From NCBI GenBank assembly GCA_052390235.1, contig JBQTHB010000003.1, positions 160,001 through 224,000 on the forward strand: a stretch of DNA of 64,000 nt, written 5' to 3'. Positions 49,006-57,569 of this stretch are shown here, one piece after another. The stretch is from Deltaproteobacteria bacterium. GTDB lineage: Bacteria > Desulfobacterota_D > UBA1144 > Nemesobacterales > CSP1-2. The position numbers and the translations under genes were made by a program. The notes beneath the pieces were generated by a model, which had not been told where the DNA came from, made no database searches, and saw only the letters and a program-made list of their open reading frames with translations. The number at the start of each line of letters is the position of its first letter. Position 1 is the first letter of the stretch.

Positions 49006-49203
49006 GAGCCGGGGGCCGCTCTGTGGACGCTAAGACGCCAAGGAAAGCTAGGTTCTGTACATCAATTTTTCTCAATTAGTTCCTAAGTGTTTGGGCTAAA
49101 ACCATCTACTCAAAACTGTCTTTCGCCATTCGCGGATACGATAATAAGTCTATGGAGAGCGGGAGGGGGCTATTAATTTTGAGGGCTTAAGTCGGGAGCG
49201 TAG

Positions 49204-50181
49204 CTACCATCTGACTACTGCTGAACCCCAAGCGAATCCTGCCCCGAACACTGAGAAGAGTATAATATCCCCCCTCTTGAGCCTTCCCGACTTCGCCGCC
49301 TCGTCCAGGGCTATCGGCACTGAGGCTGAGGATGTGTTGCCGTATCTATCCACGTTCATAAAGACCTTTTCGACTGGGATGCCAAGCCGCCTTCTCACAG
49401 CGTCCATAATTCTGTAGTTCGCCTGATGGGAGATGAATAGGTCAATATCGTCGGCGCTGATTCCGGCTTTTTTTATTGCCTCGACGGACGACGACTCCAT
49501 TGCTTTAACCGCTTCTTTAAAAACCTCATTTCCAGCCATTTTGAGGAAGTGCTGTCTCGCGCGCACACTCTCTTCCGAAGCCGGAATGCGGGAGCCTCCC
49601 CCCGGCATGTAGAGCAAATCCCATGAATCCCCGTCAGTGGCTAGGCACAGGGATAAAATCCCCGGCTCTTCGGATTTTGCTATGAGAACCGCCCCCGCGC
49701 CGTCCCCAAACAGAATGCACGTGCCTCTGTCCTGAAAATCCACGATACGAGAGAGAGTCTCCGCTCCCACGACTAGAGCCGTTTTTGCATCCCCCGACAT
49801 TAGCATAGCCTTTCCCACCTGCAGGGCGTATAGGAATCCCGAACATCCGGCAGAAATATCGAGCGCGACGGCGTTCCTAGCCTTGATTATGCTTTGAATG
49901 AGACAGGCAGTGGAGGGGAAGAGGTAGTCCGGCGATATTGTGCCGACGACGATGAGGTCAACATCCAGCGGGTCAACGTTGGCGTCGGCAAGGGCTTTCA
50001 AAGATGCGTCGGCGCCTAAATCCGAGCTTGCGACATCTGGGTCGGCGATTCTGCGCTCGGATATTCCCGTTCTAGCTTTTATCCACTCGTCTGAGGTGTC
50101 AACGATTTTTTCCAGCTCGGCGTTGGAGAGAATTCTTGAAGGGGCTGAAAGTCCAGTGCCGATGATTCTGACGTAGCTCAA
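49204..50181 (-). CDS. fabH: 3-oxoacyl-ACP synthase III
   Basis: TSDEWI..RTGI, AGCSGF, FGDGAGA, HQAN, GNTSSAS. Confidence 0.96.
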   Translation of the reverse strand: MSYVRIIGTGLSAPSRILSNAELEKIVDTSDEWIKARTGISERRIADPDVASSDLGADASLKALADANVDPLDVDLIVVGTISPDYLFPSTACLIQSIIKARNAVALDISAGCSGFLYALQVGKAMLMSGDAKTALVVGAETLSRIVDFQDRGTCILFGDGAGAVLIAKSEEPGILSLCLATDGDSWDLLYMPGGGSRIPASEESVRARQHFLKMAGNEVFKEAVKAMESSSVEAIKKAGISADDIDLFISHQANYRIMDAVRRRLGIPVEKVFMNVDRYGNTSSASVPIALDEAAKSGRLKRGDIILFSVFGAGFAWGSAVVRW

Positions 50182-50328
50182 AAGCCAAGGCGCTCCCTGA
50201 GTGGATTTTGGGGGATATTATTTGTGAAGAGCGGGGGTTTGTCAAACTGAAGCAAAGCCGCCTACACGGCGGTATTAGATGCTTGGGGGGCTACAGAGGA
50301 TTCCGGCGCCCCTGACAGAGGAGAGATA

Positions 50329-50802
50329 TTATGCCGCCGCCTCGTCGAGGACAGAGCTAATCCTCTTCCAATCCTCAGGGGTCAAATTCACCCGCCTCGC
50401 ATACTCAATTTGAGTAGAGAGGAAAATAATCCCAAAATAGTCCTGGCGGGCGAGCGCGGCGAGAAGCTCCATATCCTCTTCGGATTCAATGCCGAAGAAA
50501 ACAGACACCGCATAGGGTTTGGCGATATTTCCCGCAAAGTTAAAAGTCATTTTTACCGCCGGAAATTCCTGCCTTTTTATACACTCAAATGTAAACGCCG
50601 CCTCCCGCGCCTCGGCGAGCAGGGCGAGATTCTCGGCGCTTTCCTTAATTATGAACGCCGCCTGGTCAAGAATTGAGGCCGCCAAACAGCCAGAGTCAAG
50701 AAACGAGAGGCTCATCGAAACATCCAGGTGGAAGCGGAGTTTCTCGATTTGCGCATTGGGGACGGCTTCAAGGGATTTGGGTTGGATTTTTATAAGGCGC
50801 AT
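50329..50802 (-). CDS. Hypothetical protein
   Basis: 157-aa ORF filling the gap; soluble composition. Confidence 0.6.
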   Translation of the reverse strand: MRLIKIQPKSLEAVPNAQIEKLRFHLDVSMSLSFLDSGCLAASILDQAAFIIKESAENLALLAEAREAAFTFECIKRQEFPAVKMTFNFAGNIAKPYAVSVFFGIESEEDMELLAALARQDYFGIIFLSTQIEYARRVNLTPEDWKRISSVLDEAAA

Positions 50803-50933
50803 GGTTTTGGCTATCGGGACATTTTGTGCAGTGGGAGATGATACCCTAAAAGCGAGCGCAAGGGAAAATAGCCCGTGATGACGGCAAGTTGCGTCTGAAA
50901 TCGCTGAATTTTATTAAATAACTCATCGCCCAC

Positions 50934-50963
50934 TTGACATTAACATCATAAGTTTATTATTAT
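50934..50963 (+). promoter_or_regulatory. sigma70 promoter of the repeat-protein gene
   Basis: TTGACA-18nt-TATTAT; strong GAGGAG/AAGGA RBS before ATG 51025. Confidence 0.55.
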
Positions 50964-51024
50964 CCCTAGCCTAAAGCCCCGTATTCAAGATAGAGTAACC
51001 CCTTAAAGAGGAGGAGAAGGAACT

Positions 51025-52146
51025 ATGACAATTGTTGATTGGTTTTTTTTCACGACGATATTGATTTTGTGCTTATCCACGATTTATTTTCTCCAGGCAG
51101 GAGAAAATAAGCCGCTGTTTCCCAGACTGAGATTCTGGAAACCGAAGAAGGCTGAATCGCCCAAGCCCGCAGCGGAGAAGAAACCCCAGGCTACCCCAAC
51201 CGGAGCGGATACCAAGCCTGCCTCATCAGACCCATTCGCATCTGCCAGCCCCGTTGGGGAGACAGTCAAAGCCGCCGAGGTCAAGGTTCAGCAGTCCCAG
51301 TCCGTGCCGGACACGGTCAAGCCGGTAGGTCAGGCTGCGGCGTCTGCCAAGCAGGTTGTAGCCGAGACTAAGCCCGCGCCTGCGACTCCAGCGGATACCA
51401 AACCCGCCTCATCAGACCCATTCGCATCTGCCAAGCCGGCGGGGGAGACGGTCAAAGCCGCCGAGGTGAAGGTTCGGGAGTCCCAATCTGCGCCGGACAC
51501 TGTAAAGCCGGTAGGTCAGGCTGCGGCGTCTGCCAAGCAGGTTGTAGCCGAGACTAAGACCGCGCCTGCTACTCCAGCCGAGACCAAACCCGCCTCATCA
51601 GACCCATTCGCATCTGCCAAGCCAGCAGGGGAGACAGTCAAAGCCGCCGAGGTCAAGGTTCAGCAGTCCGCATCCGCGCCGGACACCGTAAAGCCGGTAG
51701 GTCAGGCTACTGCGTCTCCTAAGCAGGTTGTAGCCAAATCCACTCCCGCGCCGACTCCAGCACAGAAGCCTGCCTCCTCAGACCCATTCGCTTCTGCCAG
51801 CCCCGTTGGGGAGACGGTCAAAGCCGCCGAGGTGAAGGTTCAGCAGTCCACATCCGCGCCGGACACCGTAAAGCCGGTAGGTCAGGCTACGGCCACTCCT
51901 AAGCAGGTTGTAGCCGAGACTAAGACCGAAGCCGCTCATCCAGACGTTTGCACGTGCTTTATTTGCAAACCAGCCAAAGAAGAAGCCAAATCCACTCCCG
52001 CGCCTGCTACTCCAGCCGAGACGAAGCCCGCCTCCTCAGACCCATTCGCATCTGCCAAGCCGGCAGGGGAGACGGTCAAAGCCGCCGAGGTCAAGGTTCA
52101 GCAGTCCGCATCCGCGCCTGATACCGTAAAGCCGCGGGGCGTGTGA
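51025..52146 (+). CDS. Single-pass membrane protein with five ~62-aa Ala/Pro/Lys/Thr/Ser-rich repeats and an HxxxCxCxxC motif
   Basis: N-terminal TM; repeat TKPASSDPFASAKPAGETVKAAEVKVQQSASAPDTVKPVGQ; HPDVCTCFIC. Confidence 0.85.
   Translation: MTIVDWFFFTTILILCLSTIYFLQAGENKPLFPRLRFWKPKKAESPKPAAEKKPQATPTGADTKPASSDPFASASPVGETVKAAEVKVQQSQSVPDTVKPVGQAAASAKQVVAETKPAPATPADTKPASSDPFASAKPAGETVKAAEVKVRESQSAPDTVKPVGQAAASAKQVVAETKTAPATPAETKPASSDPFASAKPAGETVKAAEVKVQQSASAPDTVKPVGQATASPKQVVAKSTPAPTPAQKPASSDPFASASPVGETVKAAEVKVQQSTSAPDTVKPVGQATATPKQVVAETKTEAAHPDVCTCFICKPAKEEAKSTPAPATPAETKPASSDPFASAKPAGETVKAAEVKVQQSASAPDTVKPRGV
51205..52135 (+). repeat. Intragenic tandem repeat, about 186-nt unit, 5 copies
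   Basis: GACCCATTCGC anchors at 51229, 51415, 51601, 51781 and 52039 (spacings 186, 186, 180, 258). Confidence 0.95.
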
Positions 52147-52211
52147 GAGTACTAGGATTTTTGAAGTAGATGAGGCGTATCAGGGGATGAGTCTCGCATC
52201 TGCGCAAGGTT

Positions 52212-52250
52212 AAGCCGTTCGAGGGGTGAAAATCCAGCGGGCGGCTTTTT
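52212..52250 (+). terminator. Intrinsic terminator after the repeat protein
   Basis: AAGCCGTTCG...CGGGCGGCTTTTT. Confidence 0.65.
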
Positions 52251-52324
52251 AAATTTTGATTCGGATGGAGTATAATAGTCTGACTACGAAAGCAAGTAGA
52301 GCAATTGCCGGGAGGATAATGACG

Positions 52325-53944
52325 ATGAAAAAATTGCCGCTTTTCATAGTAACGGTTTTAATGTTTTTCTCTCCCTTTTTAAAATCCCTAAGCGTCGCTC
52401 AGGAAGAGGGCGGAGTCCAGAGGCTGCTACTCGGATTGAAACCCGCTGTCGTTTTCATCTATGTGAATATCAAAGGGTGGGTAAATATCAACGGCAGGGA
52501 GTATCAACCCGACCAGGTCAACGGATTCGGCTCAGGGTTTATCGTCAACCCAGACGGCTATTTGATTACAAATGGCCATGTGGTTGACAACTATAACGCC
52601 TCAAACGAGACGCGGCTCGAAGGGGATTTTATCTGGAGCACGGTTTTAAAATTTCTAATCCCAGAGGAAGAGGCGCGCCAAGGCAGGCGTTTTTCAGACC
52701 AAGAAAAACGAACCATAGCCATTGAACTCTACAATCAGCTTTACTCCAAAGCGCAGGTTACGATAAAAAAAGACCTGCTCGTATTCCTCTCGAACGGGGA
52801 ACACTATCCGGCGGAGATTAAGGCATTCAGCCCTCCCCTCAGCCAGCTTCCGGGCAAGGTGTCTTATCCCGGAGCAAGCGAAAAGGTGGAGACTGGCAAA
52901 GACGTTGCCGTGCTGAAAATCGAGGGGCGAAATCTCCCGACCGTTCCCCTTGGAGACTCGGCTAATCTGCAACTCGGAGAACCGATCTACGTTATCGGAT
53001 TCCCCGGAGTGGTGTTTGACCAGGCGTATCTGAGCCAAAAAACCCAGCTCGATGCAACCGTCTCAAGCGGCCAGGTTTCGGGCGCAAAGCTCGATGTCAA
53101 GGGGACTCCGGTAATTCAAACCGACGCTCCGGTTACTTGGGGAAACAGCGGAGGGCCCGCATTCAACGCCAAGGGCGAGGTAATAGGGATTCCGACGTTC
53201 ATCAGCATAAGTCAAAGCACGGGGACTCCTCAGGCGATTCAGGGATTTAATTTTCTAGTGCCTGTGAACACCGCCAAGGAGTTCGTCAGAACATCTGGCG
53301 TTGACCTTGCGCAGCCGAGCCTGTTTAACAAACTCTGGTACGAGGCGCTTGGCCTCTACGCCAAGGGGCAGTACAGAGAAACCCTCGCCAAGCTCGACGA
53401 AGTGATGCGGATTCTGCCCAATCAGCCCGACGCAAGAAAGCTCCAAGTCGCCTCGCAGGAGAGAATCGCCAATCAGCCCCAGCAGAGCGGTGGAAAATCC
53501 ATGGTGAAGGTGGCAGCGCCGATACTCCTGATGATAGTGGTCGTGGCGGTTCTCGCCTATGTAGCGCAGAGCAGAAAAAAATCCAAGGGCGGCGAATATC
53601 AGCCCTCTGCGGCGGAGACAACCGCTCCATCAAAGACATACAAGGCGGCGGGCTTGCTCATATCGGAGGGCGGCAAATCCCATCAGATAACCGGCTCTGG
53701 AATCAAAATCGGCAGAGACCCGAATAAAAACCAAATCGTCATAGACAACGACGGGGTATCGCGCGAACACGCCTGGGTCGGCGCGGAAGGCGGAGGCGTC
53801 GTGGTTAGAGATTTAAACTCCCTCAACGGCACATACATAAACTCAACCGCTGGCAACCGCGTCAAAAGCGAGCCGCTCAGAGAGGGAGACGTTGTAATCA
53901 TCGGCAAAGGGAAGTTCGCCTCGTTTACCTATAAATCAAGCTAG
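52325..53944 (+). CDS. Trypsin-like (S1C, no PDZ) serine protease with TPR-like helices, a TM helix and a C-terminal FHA domain
   Basis: Signal peptide; GSGF..TNGHVV (His), KDVAVLK (Asp), GNSGGP (Ser); TM VAAPILLMIVVVAVLAYV; FHA IGR...SREHA...DLNSLNGT. Confidence 0.92.
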   Translation: MKKLPLFIVTVLMFFSPFLKSLSVAQEEGGVQRLLLGLKPAVVFIYVNIKGWVNINGREYQPDQVNGFGSGFIVNPDGYLITNGHVVDNYNASNETRLEGDFIWSTVLKFLIPEEEARQGRRFSDQEKRTIAIELYNQLYSKAQVTIKKDLLVFLSNGEHYPAEIKAFSPPLSQLPGKVSYPGASEKVETGKDVAVLKIEGRNLPTVPLGDSANLQLGEPIYVIGFPGVVFDQAYLSQKTQLDATVSSGQVSGAKLDVKGTPVIQTDAPVTWGNSGGPAFNAKGEVIGIPTFISISQSTGTPQAIQGFNFLVPVNTAKEFVRTSGVDLAQPSLFNKLWYEALGLYAKGQYRETLAKLDEVMRILPNQPDARKLQVASQERIANQPQQSGGKSMVKVAAPILLMIVVVAVLAYVAQSRKKSKGGEYQPSAAETTAPSKTYKAAGLLISEGGKSHQITGSGIKIGRDPNKNQIVIDNDGVSREHAWVGAEGGGVVVRDLNSLNGTYINSTAGNRVKSEPLREGDVVIIGKGKFASFTYKSS

Positions 53945-53961
53945 CAAAAAGGGGATAACCC

Positions 53962-55230
53962 ATGGTTGGCAAGGAAATAGGTCCCTACAGAATTCTGGAG
54001 AAAATCGGTCAAGGCGGCATGGGTCTCGTGTACAAGGGCGTGCATGCGAAACTCGAGCAGGAGGTCGCAATAAAAGTCCTCTCGCCTGAATACACAAACG
54101 ACGAGTCCATGCGGGCGAGGTTTATCCAAGAGGCAAAGATTCAGGTAAAGCTCTCTCATCCGAACGTCGTCAATATTCTCAATTATCTGGAAGATGGAAG
54201 GGACATTTTCCTGGTGATGGAGTACGTCAAAGGGGAAACGCTGGAAAGTCAGCTTAAAAAATCCGGCAGAATGGCCCTTCAAAAAGCCTCGGCGGTCTGC
54301 CTGAGTGTGCTGGAGGCGCTGTCGTTCATGCACTCGCGCGGGGTGATTCACCGCGACATAAAGCCGAGCAACATAATGTTCACCGAGGACGGGGCGGTCA
54401 AGGTTACCGACTTCGGCATCGCCAAGGTGAAGGGCGAGAAAGGGCAGACCAAAACGGGAATGCGTATCGGCACGCTTTGGTATATGTCGCCGGAGCAGAT
54501 AAAGGGGCAGGAAGCGGATATGGCTTCGGACATCTATTCGCTGGGGATAACGTTTTATCAGATGGTTACGGGGAGAGTCCCGTTCACGGGAAACTCGGAA
54601 TATACGGTTATGAAGGGGCATCTGGAGCAACAGCCCCCTGCGCCGTGGGATATTAATAAGAGCGTCTCGCGGGAGTTCGGAGGGGTTATTCTCAAATCCA
54701 TCGCCAAAGAGCCGAAGGGCAGATACGCGACGGCGAGAGAATTTTCGGGGGATTTAAGGGCGGCATTAAAAGACGGCGAGGCGGCCGAGGTAACTGCAGT
54801 AGCCCACCCTAGAGCCTCAAGAATACTCCCCTCGTTTGAGCTGAACAGAAAGCAATCCCTCGCCGTGCTTGCGGGGCTTGGCATAATTCTGATGCTCATA
54901 ATTGCCTTCATGCTCAAAGGAGAGGACAGAGAAGAAGGCGCGTCCTTCCCCCTGACGGCAGTATCCCCTTCCGATGCCGTCTCGAAGGATAACGCCTCTG
55001 TAGCCGGAGACGGAGATTCGCCCGACGCTAAGAGCGCAGCGCTAGACGCCACTGGTGAGCCAAGTCCCGTTGCCGAGCCGAAGGCAGAACCCCTAAAAGA
55101 AGAGCCGGGCGGAACAGCCGTATCCGAGCTTCCGGCGGCAGAGGATGCCGCTGAGCCGGCGACTGGAGAGACACCCGCGCCCAAAAAAGCCGCTCAGAAG
55201 AGAGATGGCGGTTGGAAAATTAAAAAATAA
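53962..55230 (+). CDS. Hanks-type Ser/Thr protein kinase with one TM and a low-complexity extracytoplasmic tail
   Basis: GQGGMG, VAIK, HRDIKPSN, DFG, GTLWYMSPE, DIYSLG; TM LAVLAGLGIILMLIIAFML. Confidence 0.96.
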   Translation: MVGKEIGPYRILEKIGQGGMGLVYKGVHAKLEQEVAIKVLSPEYTNDESMRARFIQEAKIQVKLSHPNVVNILNYLEDGRDIFLVMEYVKGETLESQLKKSGRMALQKASAVCLSVLEALSFMHSRGVIHRDIKPSNIMFTEDGAVKVTDFGIAKVKGEKGQTKTGMRIGTLWYMSPEQIKGQEADMASDIYSLGITFYQMVTGRVPFTGNSEYTVMKGHLEQQPPAPWDINKSVSREFGGVILKSIAKEPKGRYATAREFSGDLRAALKDGEAAEVTAVAHPRASRILPSFELNRKQSLAVLAGLGIILMLIIAFMLKGEDREEGASFPLTAVSPSDAVSKDNASVAGDGDSPDAKSAALDATGEPSPVAEPKAEPLKEEPGGTAVSELPAAEDAAEPATGETPAPKKAAQKRDGGWKIKK

Positions 55231-55246
55231 CCCCGGAGATTGCCCA

Positions 55247-55750
55247 ATGAAACCCGCCGCTTGCATTTTGACTCTCATCGCTCTAATCCTCGCCGGATGC
55301 TCTCAGACAACGACTGCGATTAAAGACATCCAGCAAAAAGCCCTGATTTCCATCCGCAAGCCCGGAGAGAAAATGTCCTCCTCGCCAGAAGATACGGCGA
55401 AGAGATACGCCTGCGCATTTGGGAGGCAGAACAGGCTCATCGTGGAAGAGGTTGACGCAGTCCCCGACCGCATCTCCGCCGGAGACGAAATAAACCAGAG
55501 AATCCGCTACGCATTCTGCCCCGCGAAACCCTCAGGCACGGAGAGGGGCAGAATCACAAGGTCAATCCTCTACAGAGGGCAGACCGTCTTCGAGGATACA
55601 GGGGTTTATGAATTCAAGCCCGGCACGTGGACCGTTGACGCATTCATTGAAGTGCCGACGCAGGCAAAGAGTGGGGTCTATGCCGTGGAGGTTTCAATTT
55701 CATATAGCCAAGACAACATTAGACGGAGCAATTCGTTCGTCGTTAAATAA
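55247..55750 (+). CDS. Lipoprotein with Ig-like C-terminal domain
   Basis: Lipobox LAGC; two further Cys; VP..A.SG.Y.V...F.V ending; GGAG RBS. Confidence 0.8.
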   Translation: MKPAACILTLIALILAGCSQTTTAIKDIQQKALISIRKPGEKMSSSPEDTAKRYACAFGRQNRLIVEEVDAVPDRISAGDEINQRIRYAFCPAKPSGTERGRITRSILYRGQTVFEDTGVYEFKPGTWTVDAFIEVPTQAKSGVYAVEVSISYSQDNIRRSNSFVVK

Positions 55751-55782
55751 CCGGCGATTTATCTAGAGGAGGACTTATAGTA

Positions 55783-56313
55783 ATGTTCTGCACGGCTTGC
55801 GGATGTGAAATCCCGGACACTTCGAGGTTCTGCATGGAATGTGGAATCTCAATGGAAGAGAGCGATATGACAAAACGGCTCGAAGGCTTAGGGTCAACGA
55901 AAATCTACTTCGGCGCGGAAGATAAAAACCCGCCCGATTTTGCCTCCACAGAGCTATACGCCGAAAGCGAAATGGGCAGAACCGTCATTTTCAACGCCGA
56001 GGAGCAGAGAAAACCCATATTAGGATGGATTGTCCCGACCGAGGGCAAAGACGCTTGGAGGGTGTTTAAGCTGACAGTTGATGACGGGCAGTTCGTCTTG
56101 GGCGGGGCGGAGGAATGCGCTATCAGGCTCGAAGATAAGTCAATTGACCCGAGGCACGCAAGCATAAGGCTTAAAGACGGCAAGATTTATATCACCGATT
56201 TGGATTCGTCCTCCGGCACGTCCATCAACAACGCTCAAATATCAAAAGCCGAGCTTCATGACGGAGACGAGATAAAAATCGGAAGCGCGACGCTCAAATT
56301 CAGAAAACTATAG
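55783..56313 (+). CDS. Zinc-ribbon plus FHA-domain protein (degenerate pThr site)
   Basis: CTACG...FCMECG; FHA LGG...HASI...DLDSSSGT..N...L.DGD.I.IG. Confidence 0.9.
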   Translation: MFCTACGCEIPDTSRFCMECGISMEESDMTKRLEGLGSTKIYFGAEDKNPPDFASTELYAESEMGRTVIFNAEEQRKPILGWIVPTEGKDAWRVFKLTVDDGQFVLGGAEECAIRLEDKSIDPRHASIRLKDGKIYITDLDSSSGTSINNAQISKAELHDGDEIKIGSATLKFRKL

Positions 56314-56326
56314 GAATCTAGGCTAT

Positions 56327-57265
56327 ATGCCCGTCCAAATCTTCGGAGCAACCGACAGAGGCTTGGTCAGACCGGAAAACGAGGATTCTTTTCTCACCTA
56401 CGAGCTGACAGCCGGCGAGATGAGAGTAGAAAAAGGCGCTCTTGCCATTGTCGCCGACGGCGTCGGAGGCTCCTCTGGGGGCAGGCAGGCAAGCCAGATG
56501 GCAGTAGAGATTATAAAAGAAAACTACTACAGAATATCGGCGGCGCGCTCCCTCGGAGAGTCGCTCCAAATAGCCAATTCTCAAATCTACGCCAAAGCCC
56601 AGCGGGAGCAAAAACCAAGGGGGCTTGCCACGACTTGCACGGCTCTTGCCGTAATTGGAGACGAAGCCCGAATCTCTCACGTGGGCGATAGCCGCGCATA
56701 TCTCCTTCGCAGAGGGAGGCTCTCTCAAATCACCGAAGACCACACGCTTGTAAATAAACTCGTACAAGAGGGACTGCTCACGCCCGCGCAGGCAAGGGCG
56801 CACCCGCACAGAAACGTCATAGTAAAAGCCCTAGGGAGCGGCGGGGAGATTAACCCGGACAACTTGACTCTCTGCCTCGAAGACGGAGACCTCATCTTGC
56901 TGTCGAGCGACGGGCTTCACGGACTGGTAACGGATGCGGAGATTGAATACGCCCTCGGCAAATCCGTATCCCTCGAGGAGCGCGGAAAATTCCTGATTAA
57001 TCTGGCGAATCAAAAGGGGGGAGCCGATAACATCACCGTCGTCATAGTTTCTTTCAGGGATGCGGCGGAGAATTTCAGCGACACAAAGCCCCTTAGCGCA
57101 AGCCCGCGCGCGGGGTCTTGGATAAACCGAAACAAAATCGGGCTTCTGCTGGGATTTATCATATTCTCGGCTGTAGCGGGGGGGCTACTGCTCTATGAAT
57201 TCGGCGATAGGCGCGGTCAACCCCCGGCGGCGGATAATTTCGAGGAAGTGATAGAGGTCAATTAG
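56327..57265 (+). CDS. PP2C/Stp1 family Ser/Thr phosphatase with C-terminal TM
   Basis: TDRG..R..NED, VADG.GG, HVGDSRAY, DH, SDGL, GG.DNIT. Confidence 0.95.
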   Translation: MPVQIFGATDRGLVRPENEDSFLTYELTAGEMRVEKGALAIVADGVGGSSGGRQASQMAVEIIKENYYRISAARSLGESLQIANSQIYAKAQREQKPRGLATTCTALAVIGDEARISHVGDSRAYLLRRGRLSQITEDHTLVNKLVQEGLLTPAQARAHPHRNVIVKALGSGGEINPDNLTLCLEDGDLILLSSDGLHGLVTDAEIEYALGKSVSLEERGKFLINLANQKGGADNITVVIVSFRDAAENFSDTKPLSASPRAGSWINRNKIGLLLGFIIFSAVAGGLLLYEFGDRRGQPPAADNFEEVIEVN

Positions 57266-57303
57266 CCCTGCCTCTCGCGCTCTTCTCGGGGTTTTAGACG
57301 CAG

Positions 57304-57337
57304 AAAAAAGAGAGCCGCATCCGAGAATACGACTCTC
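57304..57337 (-). terminator. Intrinsic terminator after the PEP-CTERM remnant
   Basis: Minus strand GAGAGTCGTAT-TCTCGG-ATGCGGCTCTC-TTTTTT. Confidence 0.75.
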
Positions 57338-57361
57338 CCGATTGGGTTTTGTTCTAAAGCG

Positions 57362-57508
57362 CTATGCCCTCTTTCTTCGGACTAAAGCCAAGCCCAGAAG
57401 ACCGGAGACGAGGAGAAGAGCCGTTGCAGGTTCTGGAACGGCGGCGGCTACAGGCTCAAACCTGAGATTATTAAGCCCTCCACTAGCAAATCGGTCTATT
57501 TCACCCAT
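57362..57508 (-). pseudogene. Orphan PEP-CTERM sorting signal (48 aa; remnant or micro-protein)
   Basis: VPEPATALLLVSGLLGLALVRRKRA with no signal peptide and no passenger domain. Confidence 0.7.
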
Positions 57509-57569
57509 TTTGCCCCCCCGGAGATAACCAAGAGAATTTATCGGGGACAAATTGCATAGAGAAAAAAAC

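Noticed and set aside
51205..52135. Long repeats as a CRISPR array
   Set aside because: Units are about 186 nt, in-frame coding, without unique spacers, and there are no cas genes
52170..52240. Hammerhead-like GATGAG...GAAA
   Set aside because: Lacks the CUGA core and consistent stems; better explained as a terminator region
53941..54630. 229-aa antisense ORF over the kinase, and similar shadow ORFs (e.g. 5251-5940, 19660-20316, 10069-10713)
   Set aside because: Typical antisense shadows of well-conserved genes in GC-rich DNA
52325..57265. Type VI secretion regulatory module
   Set aside because: No tss/hcp/vgrG/tag genes in the window; cannot be excluded in trans
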